Notes: generated from the sequence alone by a model not told the origin. Counted from the stretch's first letter, positions 42,102 to 51,609 are shown. The stretch: DNA of 64,000 bases from an uncultured Candidatus Rokubacteria bacterium (GCA_963771355.1 CAVYTA010000007.1:576001-640000), one strand, 5' to 3'. Numbers and translations are program-made.

Positions 42102-44087
42102 CTACCGGAATATCCCGCGGAACCACTGGAAGATGTCCTTCACCACCGGGGCATCCGCGAAGAGCTCGCGCTCACAGGGCGGCGGCTCGCTGCCCTGTCG
42201 GAAGGCCTCGTTGATCGCCCCGTCGCTCCCGCACGCGCGGCGACCGGTGCCCGACTCCACCGACGCCATGACGATACCGGGCGGCGTGGTGAATGGGCGG
42301 GGTGGGGCCCGGCGCACGGCGGCCTGCATCACGGTGGCCCAGATGGGAAGCGCGATGTCCGAGCCCGTCATCCCGATGGATCGGCCGTCGTCGGCGCCCA
42401 CCCAGACGCCCACCACCAGGTCCGGCGTGTACCCGATGAACCAGGCATCGCGCAACCCGTCCGTGGTTCCGGTCTTGCCCGCCGTCACTTCCTGAAGCCC
42501 CCAGCGTGCGCTCGATCCGCCCGTGCCACGCCGCATCACTCCGCGGAGCATATGGGTCACGATGAACGCCGATTCCGCGGACACCGCGCGATCGGGGCGC
42601 GGCTGTTCGCGCAGCGTCGCCTGCGGACCCGCGTCATCGAGTGTGGTCGGCCGCACCCGGAGGCCACCGTTGGCCAGGGTCGCGAAGGCGGTGGTCATCT
42701 CCAGAAGGGTGACCTCGGACGTCCCCAGCGCCAGAGAGGGCACCGCGGCGAGCCGGCTCTCGATGCCCATGGCCCCCGCCACCTGCACGACCTGCCGCAT
42801 GCCGACCGCTTGCCCGACCAGCGCCGCCGGCACGTTGAGCGAGTCCTCGAGGGCGCGGCGTATGGTCACCGGGCCGCGGAACTGTCCGTCGATGTTGTGG
42901 GGCGACCAATCGCCCCCGACGGCGGGAATGACGATGGGCTCATCGGAGACCACGCTGGCGGCCGTGAGGCGGTCGCCCCGTGACTCGAAGGCGGCCAGAT
43001 AGACGAGGGGCTTGAACAGCGAGCCCGGCTGGCGCCGCGCCTTCACCGCGTGGTTGAACTCGCTCGTCGTGTAGTGCCGCCCGCCCACCAGGGTGCGGAC
43101 CCGGCCGGTGCCCGGCTCCATCGCGATCACCGCCGCCTGGAGCGTCCCCGAGCGCAGACCCTTCCGGGAGCGCTCGGCCCTCGCCAGCTGATCGCGGACC
43201 GCCGCCTCCGCGATCTCCTGGAGCGAGCGATCGAGGCTGGTGGTGAGGCGCCCGCCCGGCACGCCGCCGACCAGCCGGCGGGCGGTCTCCTCGCGCGCCA
43301 GCTCGATGAACCAGGGCGCGCGCGACGGCGGCGCGGTGGGCGGGCGGAGCGGGCGCGCCATCGCGAGCTTTGCGTCAGGCTCCGTGGCAACGCCCTGCGC
43401 CACCATGGCGTCGAGCACGCGGTCGCGGCGGACGCGAACGAGGGTGGGTTCGTCCGAGTACACCCGATTCGGGGCCCGAATGGCCGCGGCCAGCAGCGCA
43501 GCCTCGTCGAGCCGGAGGGCGGAGATGTCCTTGCCCAGGAGGTGGCGTGCGCCCGCCGCCACGCCCAGCACGGCGGCGTCGCGCTCCTGCCCCAGATAGA
43601 CGGTATTGAGGTACGTCTCGAGGATGCGCTCCTTGCTATAGCGCATCTCCAGCAGCAGGGCGATCGCGACTTCCCGCACCTTTCGGGTCCAGGTGCGCTC
43701 CCGGGTCAGGAAGAGACCACGGGCGAGCTGCTGGGTGATGGTGCTCGCTCCCCGGACCACCTCCCCGCCGCGCGCATTGTGAACGGCGGCCCGCGAGACA
43801 GCGAGGAGATCCACGCCGAGGTGGTTCATGAAGCGGCGGTCCTCCGCCGCGATCACCGCGCCGACCACGACGGGCGGCATCTGGTCGAGCGGGAGCCAGA
43901 TCTGATAGCGGCCGTTCAACCCATGAAAGGTGGCGATCTCACGGCCCTGCGCGTCCAGGTACACGACGGGCAGGCTCGCTTCGCTCCCGTCGGGGAGGGG
44001 GTAGGACCACCAGCCCCACGCCAGGACGAACACCGCGACACTGGCCACGACCGCGAGAGAGAGAAGCGCGACGTATCGAATTCGCAC
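42102..44087 (-). CDS. Class A penicillin-binding protein (transglycosylase-transpeptidase)
   Basis: AEDRRF..H.GVD, GASTITQQL, SLFK, SLN and KTGT motifs. Confidence 0.93.
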   Translation of the reverse strand: MRIRYVALLSLAVVASVAVFVLAWGWWSYPLPDGSEASLPVVYLDAQGREIATFHGLNGRYQIWLPLDQMPPVVVGAVIAAEDRRFMNHLGVDLLAVSRAAVHNARGGEVVRGASTITQQLARGLFLTRERTWTRKVREVAIALLLEMRYSKERILETYLNTVYLGQERDAAVLGVAAGARHLLGKDISALRLDEAALLAAAIRAPNRVYSDEPTLVRVRRDRVLDAMVAQGVATEPDAKLAMARPLRPPTAPPSRAPWFIELAREETARRLVGGVPGGRLTTSLDRSLQEIAEAAVRDQLARAERSRKGLRSGTLQAAVIAMEPGTGRVRTLVGGRHYTTSEFNHAVKARRQPGSLFKPLVYLAAFESRGDRLTAASVVSDEPIVIPAVGGDWSPHNIDGQFRGPVTIRRALEDSLNVPAALVGQAVGMRQVVQVAGAMGIESRLAAVPSLALGTSEVTLLEMTTAFATLANGGLRVRPTTLDDAGPQATLREQPRPDRAVSAESAFIVTHMLRGVMRRGTGGSSARWGLQEVTAGKTGTTDGLRDAWFIGYTPDLVVGVWVGADDGRSIGMTGSDIALPIWATVMQAAVRRAPPRPFTTPPGIVMASVESGTGRRACGSDGAINEAFRQGSEPPPCERELFADAPVVKDIFQWFRGIFR

Positions 44088-44099
44088 GAGCTAGGACAG

Positions 44100-44115
44100 G
44101 GCAAGACTGGTGCCG
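44100..44115 (-). promoter_or_regulatory. sigma54 promoter (PBP)
   Basis: CGGCACCAGTCTTGCC. Confidence 0.82.
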
Positions 44116-44188
44116 AGAGTCGCGTGACGCCAAGTATGGGAAAGATCAAGCCTCGGCATCGTAACCGGCGCAGTGGCCCTCACGAGAG

Positions 44189-44215
44189 AGTAAGAGATTC
44201 CCGGTAGCCCTTACC
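44189..44215. promoter_or_regulatory. Candidate tandem bEBP enhancer
   Basis: AGTAAGAGATTCC-c-GGTAGCCCTTACC, centred between divergent sigma54 promoters. Confidence 0.65.
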
Positions 44216-44288
44216 AGGCTTCCCTGGCCCTCACGCGTGCGGAGGCATGTTTCGCCAGCACGACGCGAGCTTGCGGCCGGCCGCCGAT

Positions 44289-44304
44289 GGGCGTGCCTCT
44301 TGCA
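44289..44304 (+). promoter_or_regulatory. sigma54 promoter
   Basis: GGGCGTGCCTCTTGCA. Confidence 0.6.
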
Positions 44305-44317
44305 GACATCTGGGGGC

Positions 44318-44470
44318 ATGAGCGCCTTAGAGCGTCGACCGCCACCGCCTCCACAGCCGCCGCCGCCCCCGGGACCCCCCGAGCCGCCGCCACCTCCGTC
44401 GCCTCCCCCGCCGCCGGTGGTCGAATACTTCAGCCCCGCCGGGATCTGCGTGGCCAGTACCTGGCGGTGA
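44318..44470 (+). CDS. Putative proline-rich mini-protein (50 aa)
   Basis: MSALERRPPPPPQPPPPPGPPEPPPPPSPPPPPVVEYFSPAGICVASTWR; ATG just after a sigma54 promoter. Confidence 0.45.
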   Translation: MSALERRPPPPPQPPPPPGPPEPPPPPSPPPPPVVEYFSPAGICVASTWR

Positions 44471-44699
44471 GTCGCGGCGCCAGAATCCACGCCGCGCCCG
44501 CCAGCAGCAGCGCGAGCGCGAATCCCCCCGTCTGACGAGCGGGAAGCCAGGTCCAGCCCGCGAGGGCGTGCCGGCGACGATCGAGCTCGGCCACCAGATC
44601 GTCGAGCCGCTCCCGGACCCCCGAGATCTCCTCTCCGAGTGCGCTGACGCGGTCCCCGGCGCCGTTGGCTTCCACTACGCGAGTCGTTCCTTCGCCCAT
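44430..44699 (-). CDS. Small coiled-coil/TM protein (DUF3618-like) downstream of the holin-like gene
   Basis: EEISGVRERLDDLVAELDRRRH plus a C-terminal TM; alternative GTG start at 44675. Confidence 0.65.
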   Translation of the reverse strand: MGEGTTRVVEANGAGDRVSALGEEISGVRERLDDLVAELDRRRHALAGWTWLPARQTGGFALALLLAGAAWILAPRLTARYWPRRSRRG

Positions 44700-46141
44700 T
44701 GCAGGTCCTCCTTGACGGTCTTGCGCGTGAGATCCAGCGGTGCCTGCACGCGGCGGCTCCAGGCCACCGCCCCCAGGACGGCGGCCACGACCAGCAGCAG
44801 CCCGCCCAGGGCCAGCGCGGCGACCCAGGCCGGCAGCCAGGCGGCCAGCGCGAGGACGGCGGCCATCAGCAGCAGATTGAGCGCGAGCAGGGCCAGAAGC
44901 GCCGCGGCGCCGAACAGCTTGACCATGCCGAGCGCGGCGTGGAAATCCTCGTCGAGCTCGGCGCGCGCCAGCTCTACCTCTTTATGGATGAGGACGGAGC
45001 TGAGGCCGACGATGCGGCGCATGAGCGCCACCGTGGAGAGCGCCCGCGGATTGTCCGCCGGCGCCGTGGTCACCGGGGTGGGGGCCATCGAAGGTGCCAT
45101 GATGTTGTCCTTTCCGAGTAGACGCGCCTCCAGCAGCTGCGGCCGGCCGGCCAGCGCCCGGTCGAGCTGCAGTATCTGCCGATAGACGACCTGCCACTCA
45201 TCGAACGGGAGCGGCCGCTCTGCCATCTCGGCCGTGATCGCATCGAGCCGTGAGCGGAGCGCCCAGGCATTGCGGTGCGCCTCCGGATCTCGCCGGTAGG
45301 CCGCCCACACTCGCTGGATCTGGCGCTCGATGTCCTGCGCCTCCGCGGTGACGGACTGGAACATGTCGGGCCGCCCGCTGAGCGCCTCCACCACCAGCAC
45401 GTGGACGCGCGCGGATGCCTCGACGGGGCCCCGCAGCAGCAGCGCGTTCGGATACAGCGCCAGCTCGAGCTCGCCGGCACGGAAATAGGCGGACTCGGCG
45501 GTGAGGAGGCCGGAGAGCGCGCTGCCCCCGATGCGCGTGAGGATGCGCGTGGGCAGCGCGCTCCACCAGGGCGGGCTCAGGGCCACCACGGAGATGCCAT
45601 GGCGGCGCAGCGTCTCGGCGACCAGCGCCGCCGCGGCGGGGTACGACTCGGACGTGGTCACCAGCGGCACGTGGACGTCCCGGTGTCCACGGAGCGCCGA
45701 GGCCACGCGCAGGACGGGGACGGTGACCAGGAGGACGAGAAAGGCCAGGGCCAGCCCTGCGGTGATGGGGAATCCGCGCAGGATGCTTTGGAAGAGACCC
45801 GGGCGCATTGCCCCTTTCTCCGCGGGCGGCGGTCGCAGCCCGACGCCAATCGAGATCGGGACGGCTAGCGCCAGCGCGATCCAGCCCAGGCGGACGAGCC
45901 ACGCGGGTAGAGCGTCCGGCAGCGGCACGAAGGCGAGGAAGAAGGCCGCGGCCTTGGGCGCCGCCACGCCGATCAAGAGCAGCGGCCAGGCGGCGGCCGA
46001 CGCCACCAGTCCCGACAGGAGCATCCGGCGTCGTCCGCTCACGCGGCCGAAGAGCGCCACCACCGCCCAGTCGAACAGAGCGGTGAGGATCTTCCCCACC
46101 GACCGGCTGATGAGGCTGAGGATGGCCTGGATCAGCGCCAT
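44675..46141 (-). CDS. Multi-TM membrane protein with C-terminal YqjE/phage-holin-like domain
   Basis: MALIQAILSL...; C-terminal LIHKEVELARAEL..TVKEDLQWAKE. Confidence 0.75.
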   Translation of the reverse strand: MALIQAILSLISRSVGKILTALFDWAVVALFGRVSGRRRMLLSGLVASAAAWPLLLIGVAAPKAAAFFLAFVPLPDALPAWLVRLGWIALALAVPISIGVGLRPPPAEKGAMRPGLFQSILRGFPITAGLALAFLVLLVTVPVLRVASALRGHRDVHVPLVTTSESYPAAAALVAETLRRHGISVVALSPPWWSALPTRILTRIGGSALSGLLTAESAYFRAGELELALYPNALLLRGPVEASARVHVLVVEALSGRPDMFQSVTAEAQDIERQIQRVWAAYRRDPEAHRNAWALRSRLDAITAEMAERPLPFDEWQVVYRQILQLDRALAGRPQLLEARLLGKDNIMAPSMAPTPVTTAPADNPRALSTVALMRRIVGLSSVLIHKEVELARAELDEDFHAALGMVKLFGAAALLALLALNLLLMAAVLALAAWLPAWVAALALGGLLLVVAAVLGAVAWSRRVQAPLDLTRKTVKEDLQWAKERLA

Positions 46142-46151
46142 GCGGGGCCCG

Positions 46152-47168
46152 TCAGGACTTCTTGCGCCGTCGCCGCGCCTCCCCGCGCCGCTTGCCGCGC
46201 GGGGCGCGGAGCGTCCGGAGCTGGGGGAGAATCTCCTCGGCGTAGAACTCGAAGAAGGCCTTCTGCTCCCGGCCGACCTGATGTACGCAGATGTGGTCGT
46301 AGCCCGCGTCGGCGTACTTGCGAATGGCGGCCAGATGCCGCGCGGGATCCGGTCCGCAGGTGATGGACTCCGCCACCTGCTCCTCGGTGACGAGCTCCGC
46401 CACCGACTCGAAGTGGGCGGGCAGCGGAAGCTCCCACGAGAGGTTACTTTCCATGGCGGAGGTGGGCCACTGCTCACGCGCGGTCCGGCGAGCGGTGGCC
46501 TCGTCCTTGGCATAGCAGACGGTCAGCTCCGCGTACCTTGGCTTGCCGGCCCCGCCCGCCTCGTCGAAGGCGGTCAGGAGCGAGGGATCCGGATCGGTGC
46601 CGATGACCCCGTCACCCAGACGGCCGGCCTGCTCGGCGCTGCGCGGGCCGCCCGCCGCCACGAAGAGTGGTGGCAGTACGTCGGGCAGCGTGTAGAGACG
46701 CGCGTTTTCCACCGTGAAGTAACGTCCGTGATGGCTCTGATTGCCCCCCTCCCAGAGCTGGCGGATCACTCCGATGGCTTCCTCCAGCCGCTCCTGCCGT
46801 ACCTCGGTCTCCGGCCATCCCTGCCCCACCACGTGCTCGTTCAGGTTCTCGCCCGTTCCCACGCCGAGGAAGAATCTCCCCGGCATGAGGGCCGCCGCGG
46901 TCGCGGCGGCCTGCGCGACGATGGCCGGATGCAGGCGCGTGGTGGGACAGGTAACCGCGGTACCGAGGGTCAGGCGCTGGGTCGCGTGGGCGATGGCGCC
47001 GATGACGCCCCACACGAAGGGACTCTGACCCTGCTTGTCGATCCAGGGGTGATAGTGGTCGGAGATGAGCGCGAAGCCGAAGCCCGAGTCCTGCGCCATC
47101 TGCGCATAGCGGACCAGGTCCAGCGGCGACTGCTCCTCGCTCGAGAGCTTGTAGCCGAGACTCAGCAT
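46152..47168 (-). CDS. LLM-class F420-dependent oxidoreductase (G6PDH-like family)
   Basis: GYKLSSEE, ISDHYHPW..QGQSPFVW, GTAVTCP and GTGENLNEH motifs. Confidence 0.9.
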   Translation of the reverse strand: MLSLGYKLSSEEQSPLDLVRYAQMAQDSGFGFALISDHYHPWIDKQGQSPFVWGVIGAIAHATQRLTLGTAVTCPTTRLHPAIVAQAAATAAALMPGRFFLGVGTGENLNEHVVGQGWPETEVRQERLEEAIGVIRQLWEGGNQSHHGRYFTVENARLYTLPDVLPPLFVAAGGPRSAEQAGRLGDGVIGTDPDPSLLTAFDEAGGAGKPRYAELTVCYAKDEATARRTAREQWPTSAMESNLSWELPLPAHFESVAELVTEEQVAESITCGPDPARHLAAIRKYADAGYDHICVHQVGREQKAFFEFYAEEILPQLRTLRAPRGKRRGEARRRRKKS

Positions 47169-47172
47169 GCTG

Positions 47173-47862
47173 CTAGCCGCCATTGCGCCGAAGGGCTGCG
47201 ATGCGATCGTCGGTGGCGGGATGGGTCGAGAAGAAGCCGCCCTCGCTTCCGCCCTCGGTCTGGAGCAGCCAGGTCAGCGTCTCTTCCATCACCTTCGGGG
47301 AATGCCCGGCGCGCTTGAGGAGCTCCGCCCCGTGCGCGTCGGCCTGGTACTCCTCCTGGCGGCCGTACGCCCGGGAGATGAGGGTGCCCGCCACCGGGGC
47401 GAGCTGACCGCTGCCCGGAATGATCTGATCGAGAATCACCATGCCGATGGCGACGCCCGTCTGCACGCGCTGCTGCTTGGCCACGTGGCGCAGGTCGTCA
47501 TGGGCCACCTCGTGGGCGAGGACGCCGGCCAGGTGCTGGTCATTGGCCTTGCGCAGGAGGCCGGTGGTGACGAGGAACTGCCCGTCGCCGGCGCTGCCCG
47601 CGTTGACGCGATCGTCGTCTACGATGGCGACCTTCACTTGATTCAGGGGCCGCTTGTTGTCGGCAGCCTGAAGGAGAGGCAGCATCACCCGCTTCAGCCG
47701 CTCGGCCTGGGCGGGATCGATGCGCGCGGTGGAGGACCGCGGCGCGCTCGCGGTGGGATTCCCGCCGCTCGACGACGACGGCGGGGCGGGGCTGGACACT
47801 GGCGCCGCGCAGGCGGCGGCGAGGGAGAACGCGGCGAGGAGCGCAGTGAGGGTGGTTTTCAT
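47173..47862 (-). CDS. M48 family metallopeptidase lipoprotein
   Basis: Lipobox LAAAC, HEVAH, EYQAD and STHP motifs. Confidence 0.88.
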   Translation of the reverse strand: MKTTLTALLAAFSLAAACAAPVSSPAPPSSSSGGNPTASAPRSSTARIDPAQAERLKRVMLPLLQAADNKRPLNQVKVAIVDDDRVNAGSAGDGQFLVTTGLLRKANDQHLAGVLAHEVAHDDLRHVAKQQRVQTGVAIGMVILDQIIPGSGQLAPVAGTLISRAYGRQEEYQADAHGAELLKRAGHSPKVMEETLTWLLQTEGGSEGGFFSTHPATDDRIAALRRNGG

Positions 47863-47867
47863 GGCGG

Positions 47868-48194
47868 CTACCCGCTCGTCTTCACGGAGAGATTGTTGAC
47901 CACCGCATTCACACCCTTCACGCTCCAGGCGATGTTCGAGGCGCGCTGCTTCATCTCCTGGCTGTCGACGAGCCCGTTGAGATAGACGGTCCGATGATTC
48001 GTGTCGACATCTACCTTGGTGAGGGTCGACACCTTCTCGGCGGCAAGCTTGGCCTTGACCTGGGTGGTGATGGTGGCGTCGTCGACGCTCTCCCCGGCGG
48101 TCTTGGCCACGCCGGAGGAGCAAGCGGCCAGGACCAGCATCGCCAGCAAAGCGACGGACAGCAGTCTCAGATCTCTCAGACGTAGCATGGCCAT
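47868..48194 (-). CDS. BON domain lipoprotein
   Basis: LAAC lipobox; DDATITTQVKAKL..VYLNG..VVNNL. Confidence 0.9.
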   Translation of the reverse strand: MAMLRLRDLRLLSVALLAMLVLAACSSGVAKTAGESVDDATITTQVKAKLAAEKVSTLTKVDVDTNHRTVYLNGLVDSQEMKQRASNIAWSVKGVNAVVNNLSVKTSG

Positions 48195-48256
48195 TTTCTC
48201 CTTTTCTTCGTCTCGTTCTTCTGGAGCGTGACTTGAGGCGCTATGGCCACTCTCCG

Positions 48257-48272
48257 GGCAAGTGATGTGCCA
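48257..48272 (-). promoter_or_regulatory. sigma54 promoter
   Basis: TGGCACATCACTTGCC. Confidence 0.88.
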
Positions 48273-48378
48273 GACCGGCCCGCGAGCGAGGGACCGGCGA
48301 AGCGAGCGGAATCGTTGCCGCCGCGCAGTCGGATGGAGGCGAACTTCGTTACATAGCAGCGGGGAAAAGCGTTCTTCG

Positions 48379-48396
48379 GCCGGTAGTCCTGACCCG
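48379..48396. promoter_or_regulatory. Candidate enhancer; exact 18-bp copy at 52385-52402
   Basis: GCCGGTAGTCCTGACCCG. Confidence 0.65.
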
Positions 48397-48498
48397 GCTT
48401 CCTTTGGCAGTGCGCTCCGCTGGACCAGCAACTGCACATCGCCCGCCTTATCCGGGCGCTCCGGGCGACACCCCAGACCAATAGGGAGGGCAACTCGC

Positions 48499-48514
48499 TG
48501 GCACTGTGATTGCG
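48499..48514 (+). promoter_or_regulatory. sigma54 promoter
   Basis: TGGCACTGTGATTGCG. Confidence 0.88.
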
Positions 48515-48561
48515 TGCTCCGGAACCCGTGCGCACCGCTTAGAAAAAGGGAGATCAAGGTC

Positions 48562-48867
48562 ATGGACAGGAAGAAGAGGGAGTCGAAGCAGACAGACGAC
48601 GACCAGTCGCGCGAACCTGGCCGTCATCCCCAGGCGCCAGAGCCCGAGCACCGGCACCCGGATTCGAATCGTCCTGACACGCTCCGACCGGGCCCCGGTC
48701 AGCGAGAGTCGGCCGCTGAGCGAGAGTCGAAGCAAGGGGCGCGTCAGGGCGACGAGAGCCAGGTGGCGAGCGCGGAGCTGGACGACGAAGACGACGAGGA
48801 CGATAGACGACGAGAGACGACGATGACGATGACGACAGCGACGACGTGGACACCGACGACGAGGTAA
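48562..48867 (+). CDS. Highly hydrophilic/acidic low-complexity protein (true end may be 48884)
   Basis: MDRKKRESKQTDDDQ...DDEDDEDD; the GAC-rich tail reads as poly-Asp in an alternative frame. Confidence 0.65.
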   Translation: MDRKKRESKQTDDDQSREPGRHPQAPEPEHRHPDSNRPDTLRPGPGQRESAAERESKQGARQGDESQVASAELDDEDDEDDRRRETTMTMTTATTWTPTTR

Positions 48868-48895
48868 GGGCGGCTCGGCCGTGAGGAGGAAAGTC

Positions 48896-49261
48896 ATGAA
48901 GACCTGGCCGAGTCGAGCATTTCGCGCGATGGGACTGGGAGTCGTCCTTGGGGCGGCGGCGTTCATGGGGCTGGGACCCCTGGCGCCGCCGCCGGCCTGG
49001 GCCGAGCCGGAAGTGGCGATCATCGAAACCCGCGCTGCTCTCGAGGATGAGTCCAGCGACGGCGTCAATGCGGCACTCAGAAAGGCGCTGGAGAAGGCGA
49101 TCCGGGGTGCCGCCGCCATGGGGCTTGGCCAGGTGCGGATCAACAGCGCCTATCGGGGGCCGAGCTTCGTCGTGATCCAGATCCTCGCGACCACCGAGAC
49201 GGAGGGCGAGACGAGCGCGGGGCCCCGGGTCGGCGAGGCCACGCCGGGCAACCGGTTCTAG
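48896..49261 (+). CDS. Secreted hypothetical protein
   Basis: SD GAGGAGG; signal peptide ending AWA. Confidence 0.7.
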   Translation: MKTWPSRAFRAMGLGVVLGAAAFMGLGPLAPPPAWAEPEVAIIETRAALEDESSDGVNAALRKALEKAIRGAAAMGLGQVRINSAYRGPSFVVIQILATTETEGETSAGPRVGEATPGNRF

Positions 49262-49296
49262 CAAGTATCGCGAACGGTATCACCGGGGCTGAGGGA

Positions 49297-51168
49297 TCAG
49301 CGTGCCTCCTCCGGTACGGAGGACAGCTCGGGCCAGGAGGAGCGAGACTCCGCCGCGGCGGGGTCCTCCGGGCGGGCGGCGAGCCGCAGGGCCGCCGCAC
49401 GGGCCTTGATGAGCGACGTGACGAACGCGTCGGCTCCCGCGGCGCGGAGCGCGCGACGCCTCGCGGCAGTTCGCGCGACGCCGCACTGATAGACGAGGAT
49501 GGGTGTGTCCGGCGCCGCCTCGCGCAGCCGCTTCACGAGGTGGCGCAGGCGGCGGCCGCCGCCAGGACCGACGGCGCCGACGCAGACGAGGGCGGCGCCC
49601 GCTGCCTGGAGCGCGCCGACTGTCTCCACCGAAGGCGGACCCGGGGGAACGACGTGCACGAGGAAGCCGGCGGGGGTGAGCAGTCGTCCCAGCATGGCCA
49701 GCGCCGTCTCGTCCACCGCGTCACGAAGCGGCACCGCGGCCACCACCGTGGCGGCCGTCATCGAATCCGGCGCGCCCGCGGGCGCGGCCGGCGCATCGGC
49801 GGGCTCATACTCCACCAGCTTCCGGGTGACCTCCACGATACGCGCGTACTCCGCGCGCGAGAGCTGGCGCGCGAGCCGGTCGCGACGGGCGCGCGCGAGG
49901 GCGGGCAAGACCAGAGTGTCGAAGGCCGTCTCCAGGGAGGATGCCTTCACCGCCTCTGTCATCAGATCCGCCGCCTCGTTCTCGTCCCCGGCCAGCAGCC
50001 GCTGATAGAGGGTGACCGACGGCTTCACGCCTGAGTCGTCGCTCAGCAGGATCCCGATGAACTCGAGCCCGTCGACCGTCCGCGCGAAGACGACGAGGAG
50101 CACGGTCAAGGGCGTGGAGAGAACCAACCCAATTGGTCCCCACAGCCAGGTCCAGAAGGCGGCGCCGACCAGGAGCGCGAGCGCGGACACCCCGGCGCTC
50201 CAGCTGAAGAGCAGTGGCTCGAGCACGAAGGCCACGGTCACCTCGGTGACGATGAAGAGCCCCATGATGAGCAGCGGCCTGGTCCAGCCGTCGAAGACGG
50301 CCAGGCTCAGCATGATGGGAAGGAGCGCGGCCACCCACGCGCCGACGTAGGGGATGAAGCGCAGCATGCCCGCGAAGAAGCCGAGGGCAAGCGCGAAGGG
50401 CACGCCGAGGAGGTAGAGGCCCACGCCGATAGCGAGGCCGAAGCTTCCGTTGATGAGGGATTGCATGAGGAGGTAGCGGCTGATCCGATTGCCCGCCTCG
50501 TCGAGGAGCCGCGTGGTCGTCGCCAGATGGTGATGGCCGAAGAGTCGCACCACGCGCGCCCGGAGCTCTCGCTGCTGGATGAGGACGAAGAAGAGGAGAA
50601 CGATGACCAGGGTCGCCGAGCCGAGCGCCTCGAGCAGGTTCGGGATCGACCACAGCGCAGGCGAGGAGACCACCACCGGCACCGGCTTCTCGGCGCCGGG
50701 ATCGGGGGGGGTGCTTTTCTCGATTTGCTTCATGACGTCCTTGGCGGTGGCTTCCATCTTCTCCAGCGTCCCGCCGCGCCGCGCCTGCTGGATGTCCGAG
50801 ATCTTGCGGGTGATGGTCACCCGGTACTTCGGCAGCTCATTGGCGAGCGTGGCGATCTGAGCGGTGAGGGCCCAGCCCAGCGCGGCCGCGACGAGGAGGG
50901 CGAACAGGCCGACGGTCACCGCCGCCGGCACCCGCGGTAGGCCCCAACGCCGCAGGAGGTTCACCAGCGGAGTGAGGAGAAAGGCGAGCAGCAGCGCCAG
51001 CGCGACGGGGATCGCGACCACGCGCGCCCAGTAGAGACAGGCCACCGTCAGGACCATCCCGGCCAGGACGACGAAGCGCCGGCTGACGGCGGGGGTGGAG
51101 CGCGGGTGCCGCGGTGGCCGTCCGGCGCGCGGGCGCGCCGGCCCCCCCGCGGCACCCGCCCGGCTCAC
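49297..51168 (-). CDS. AI-2E family transporter with C-terminal soluble domain
   Basis: IPVALALLLAFLL.P, RFIPYVG and WLWGPIGLVLSTPLT motifs. Confidence 0.88.
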   Translation of the reverse strand: MSRAGAAGGPARPRAGRPPRHPRSTPAVSRRFVVLAGMVLTVACLYWARVVAIPVALALLLAFLLTPLVNLLRRWGLPRVPAAVTVGLFALLVAAALGWALTAQIATLANELPKYRVTITRKISDIQQARRGGTLEKMEATAKDVMKQIEKSTPPDPGAEKPVPVVVSSPALWSIPNLLEALGSATLVIVLLFFVLIQQRELRARVVRLFGHHHLATTTRLLDEAGNRISRYLLMQSLINGSFGLAIGVGLYLLGVPFALALGFFAGMLRFIPYVGAWVAALLPIMLSLAVFDGWTRPLLIMGLFIVTEVTVAFVLEPLLFSWSAGVSALALLVGAAFWTWLWGPIGLVLSTPLTVLLVVFARTVDGLEFIGILLSDDSGVKPSVTLYQRLLAGDENEAADLMTEAVKASSLETAFDTLVLPALARARRDRLARQLSRAEYARIVEVTRKLVEYEPADAPAAPAGAPDSMTAATVVAAVPLRDAVDETALAMLGRLLTPAGFLVHVVPPGPPSVETVGALQAAGAALVCVGAVGPGGGRRLRHLVKRLREAAPDTPILVYQCGVARTAARRRALRAAGADAFVTSLIKARAAALRLAARPEDPAAAESRSSWPELSSVPEEAR

Positions 51169-51266
51169 GGCCAGTTACCGGGAAGAAAGTCGAGCAGGAA
51201 CGCGATGGCCGCCAGGACAAGGACGAGGAAGACGTGGACGCCGGGTGGCTGCCGAAGGGTCAGCAT
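51165..51266 (-). CDS. Putative 33-aa TM peptide (not in ORF track)
   Basis: MLTLRQPPGVHVFLVLVLAAIAFLLDFLPGNWP; SD GAGGG; GTGA overlap with the AI-2E start. Confidence 0.55.
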   Translation of the reverse strand: MLTLRQPPGVHVFLVLVLAAIAFLLDFLPGNWP

Positions 51267-51274
51267 GGTGTCCC

Positions 51275-51607
51275 TCACCCTTTCTTCTGGACGATGAGAT
51301 GGTTGACGACGCCGTTCACGTGAGTGACGCTCCAGGCGATCTCGGCCGCGCGCTGGCGCGTCTCCTCGCTGTCCACCACGCCGGTCAAGTACACGGTGCG
51401 CAGGTTGGTCTCCACCCCCACGCGGGTGAGGGTGGCGAGCTTCTCGGCGGCGAGCCGGCTCTTCACCGCCGCGGTGATCTGCGCGTCATCCGCGTTCTCG
51501 CCGGCAGTCTGGCCGGTCAGGGACGAGCAGGCCGCCAGCAGGGTCACCAGCGCCAGCAGGGTGAGCGTCGCGAACGGGGACCGAGATCGCCGGGACCGCG
51601 GGCGCAT
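51275..51607 (-). CDS. BON domain lipoprotein (paralog of 47868..48194)
   Basis: LAACSS..TAGE..DDAQITAAVKSRLAAEK. Confidence 0.9.
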   Translation of the reverse strand: MRPRSRRSRSPFATLTLLALVTLLAACSSLTGQTAGENADDAQITAAVKSRLAAEKLATLTRVGVETNLRTVYLTGVVDSEETRQRAAEIAWSVTHVNGVVNHLIVQKKG

Positions 51608-51609
51608 CG

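Noticed and set aside
44675..45100. Prophage lysis gene
   Set aside because: The holin-like family occurs in stress operons, and there are no phage genes nearby.
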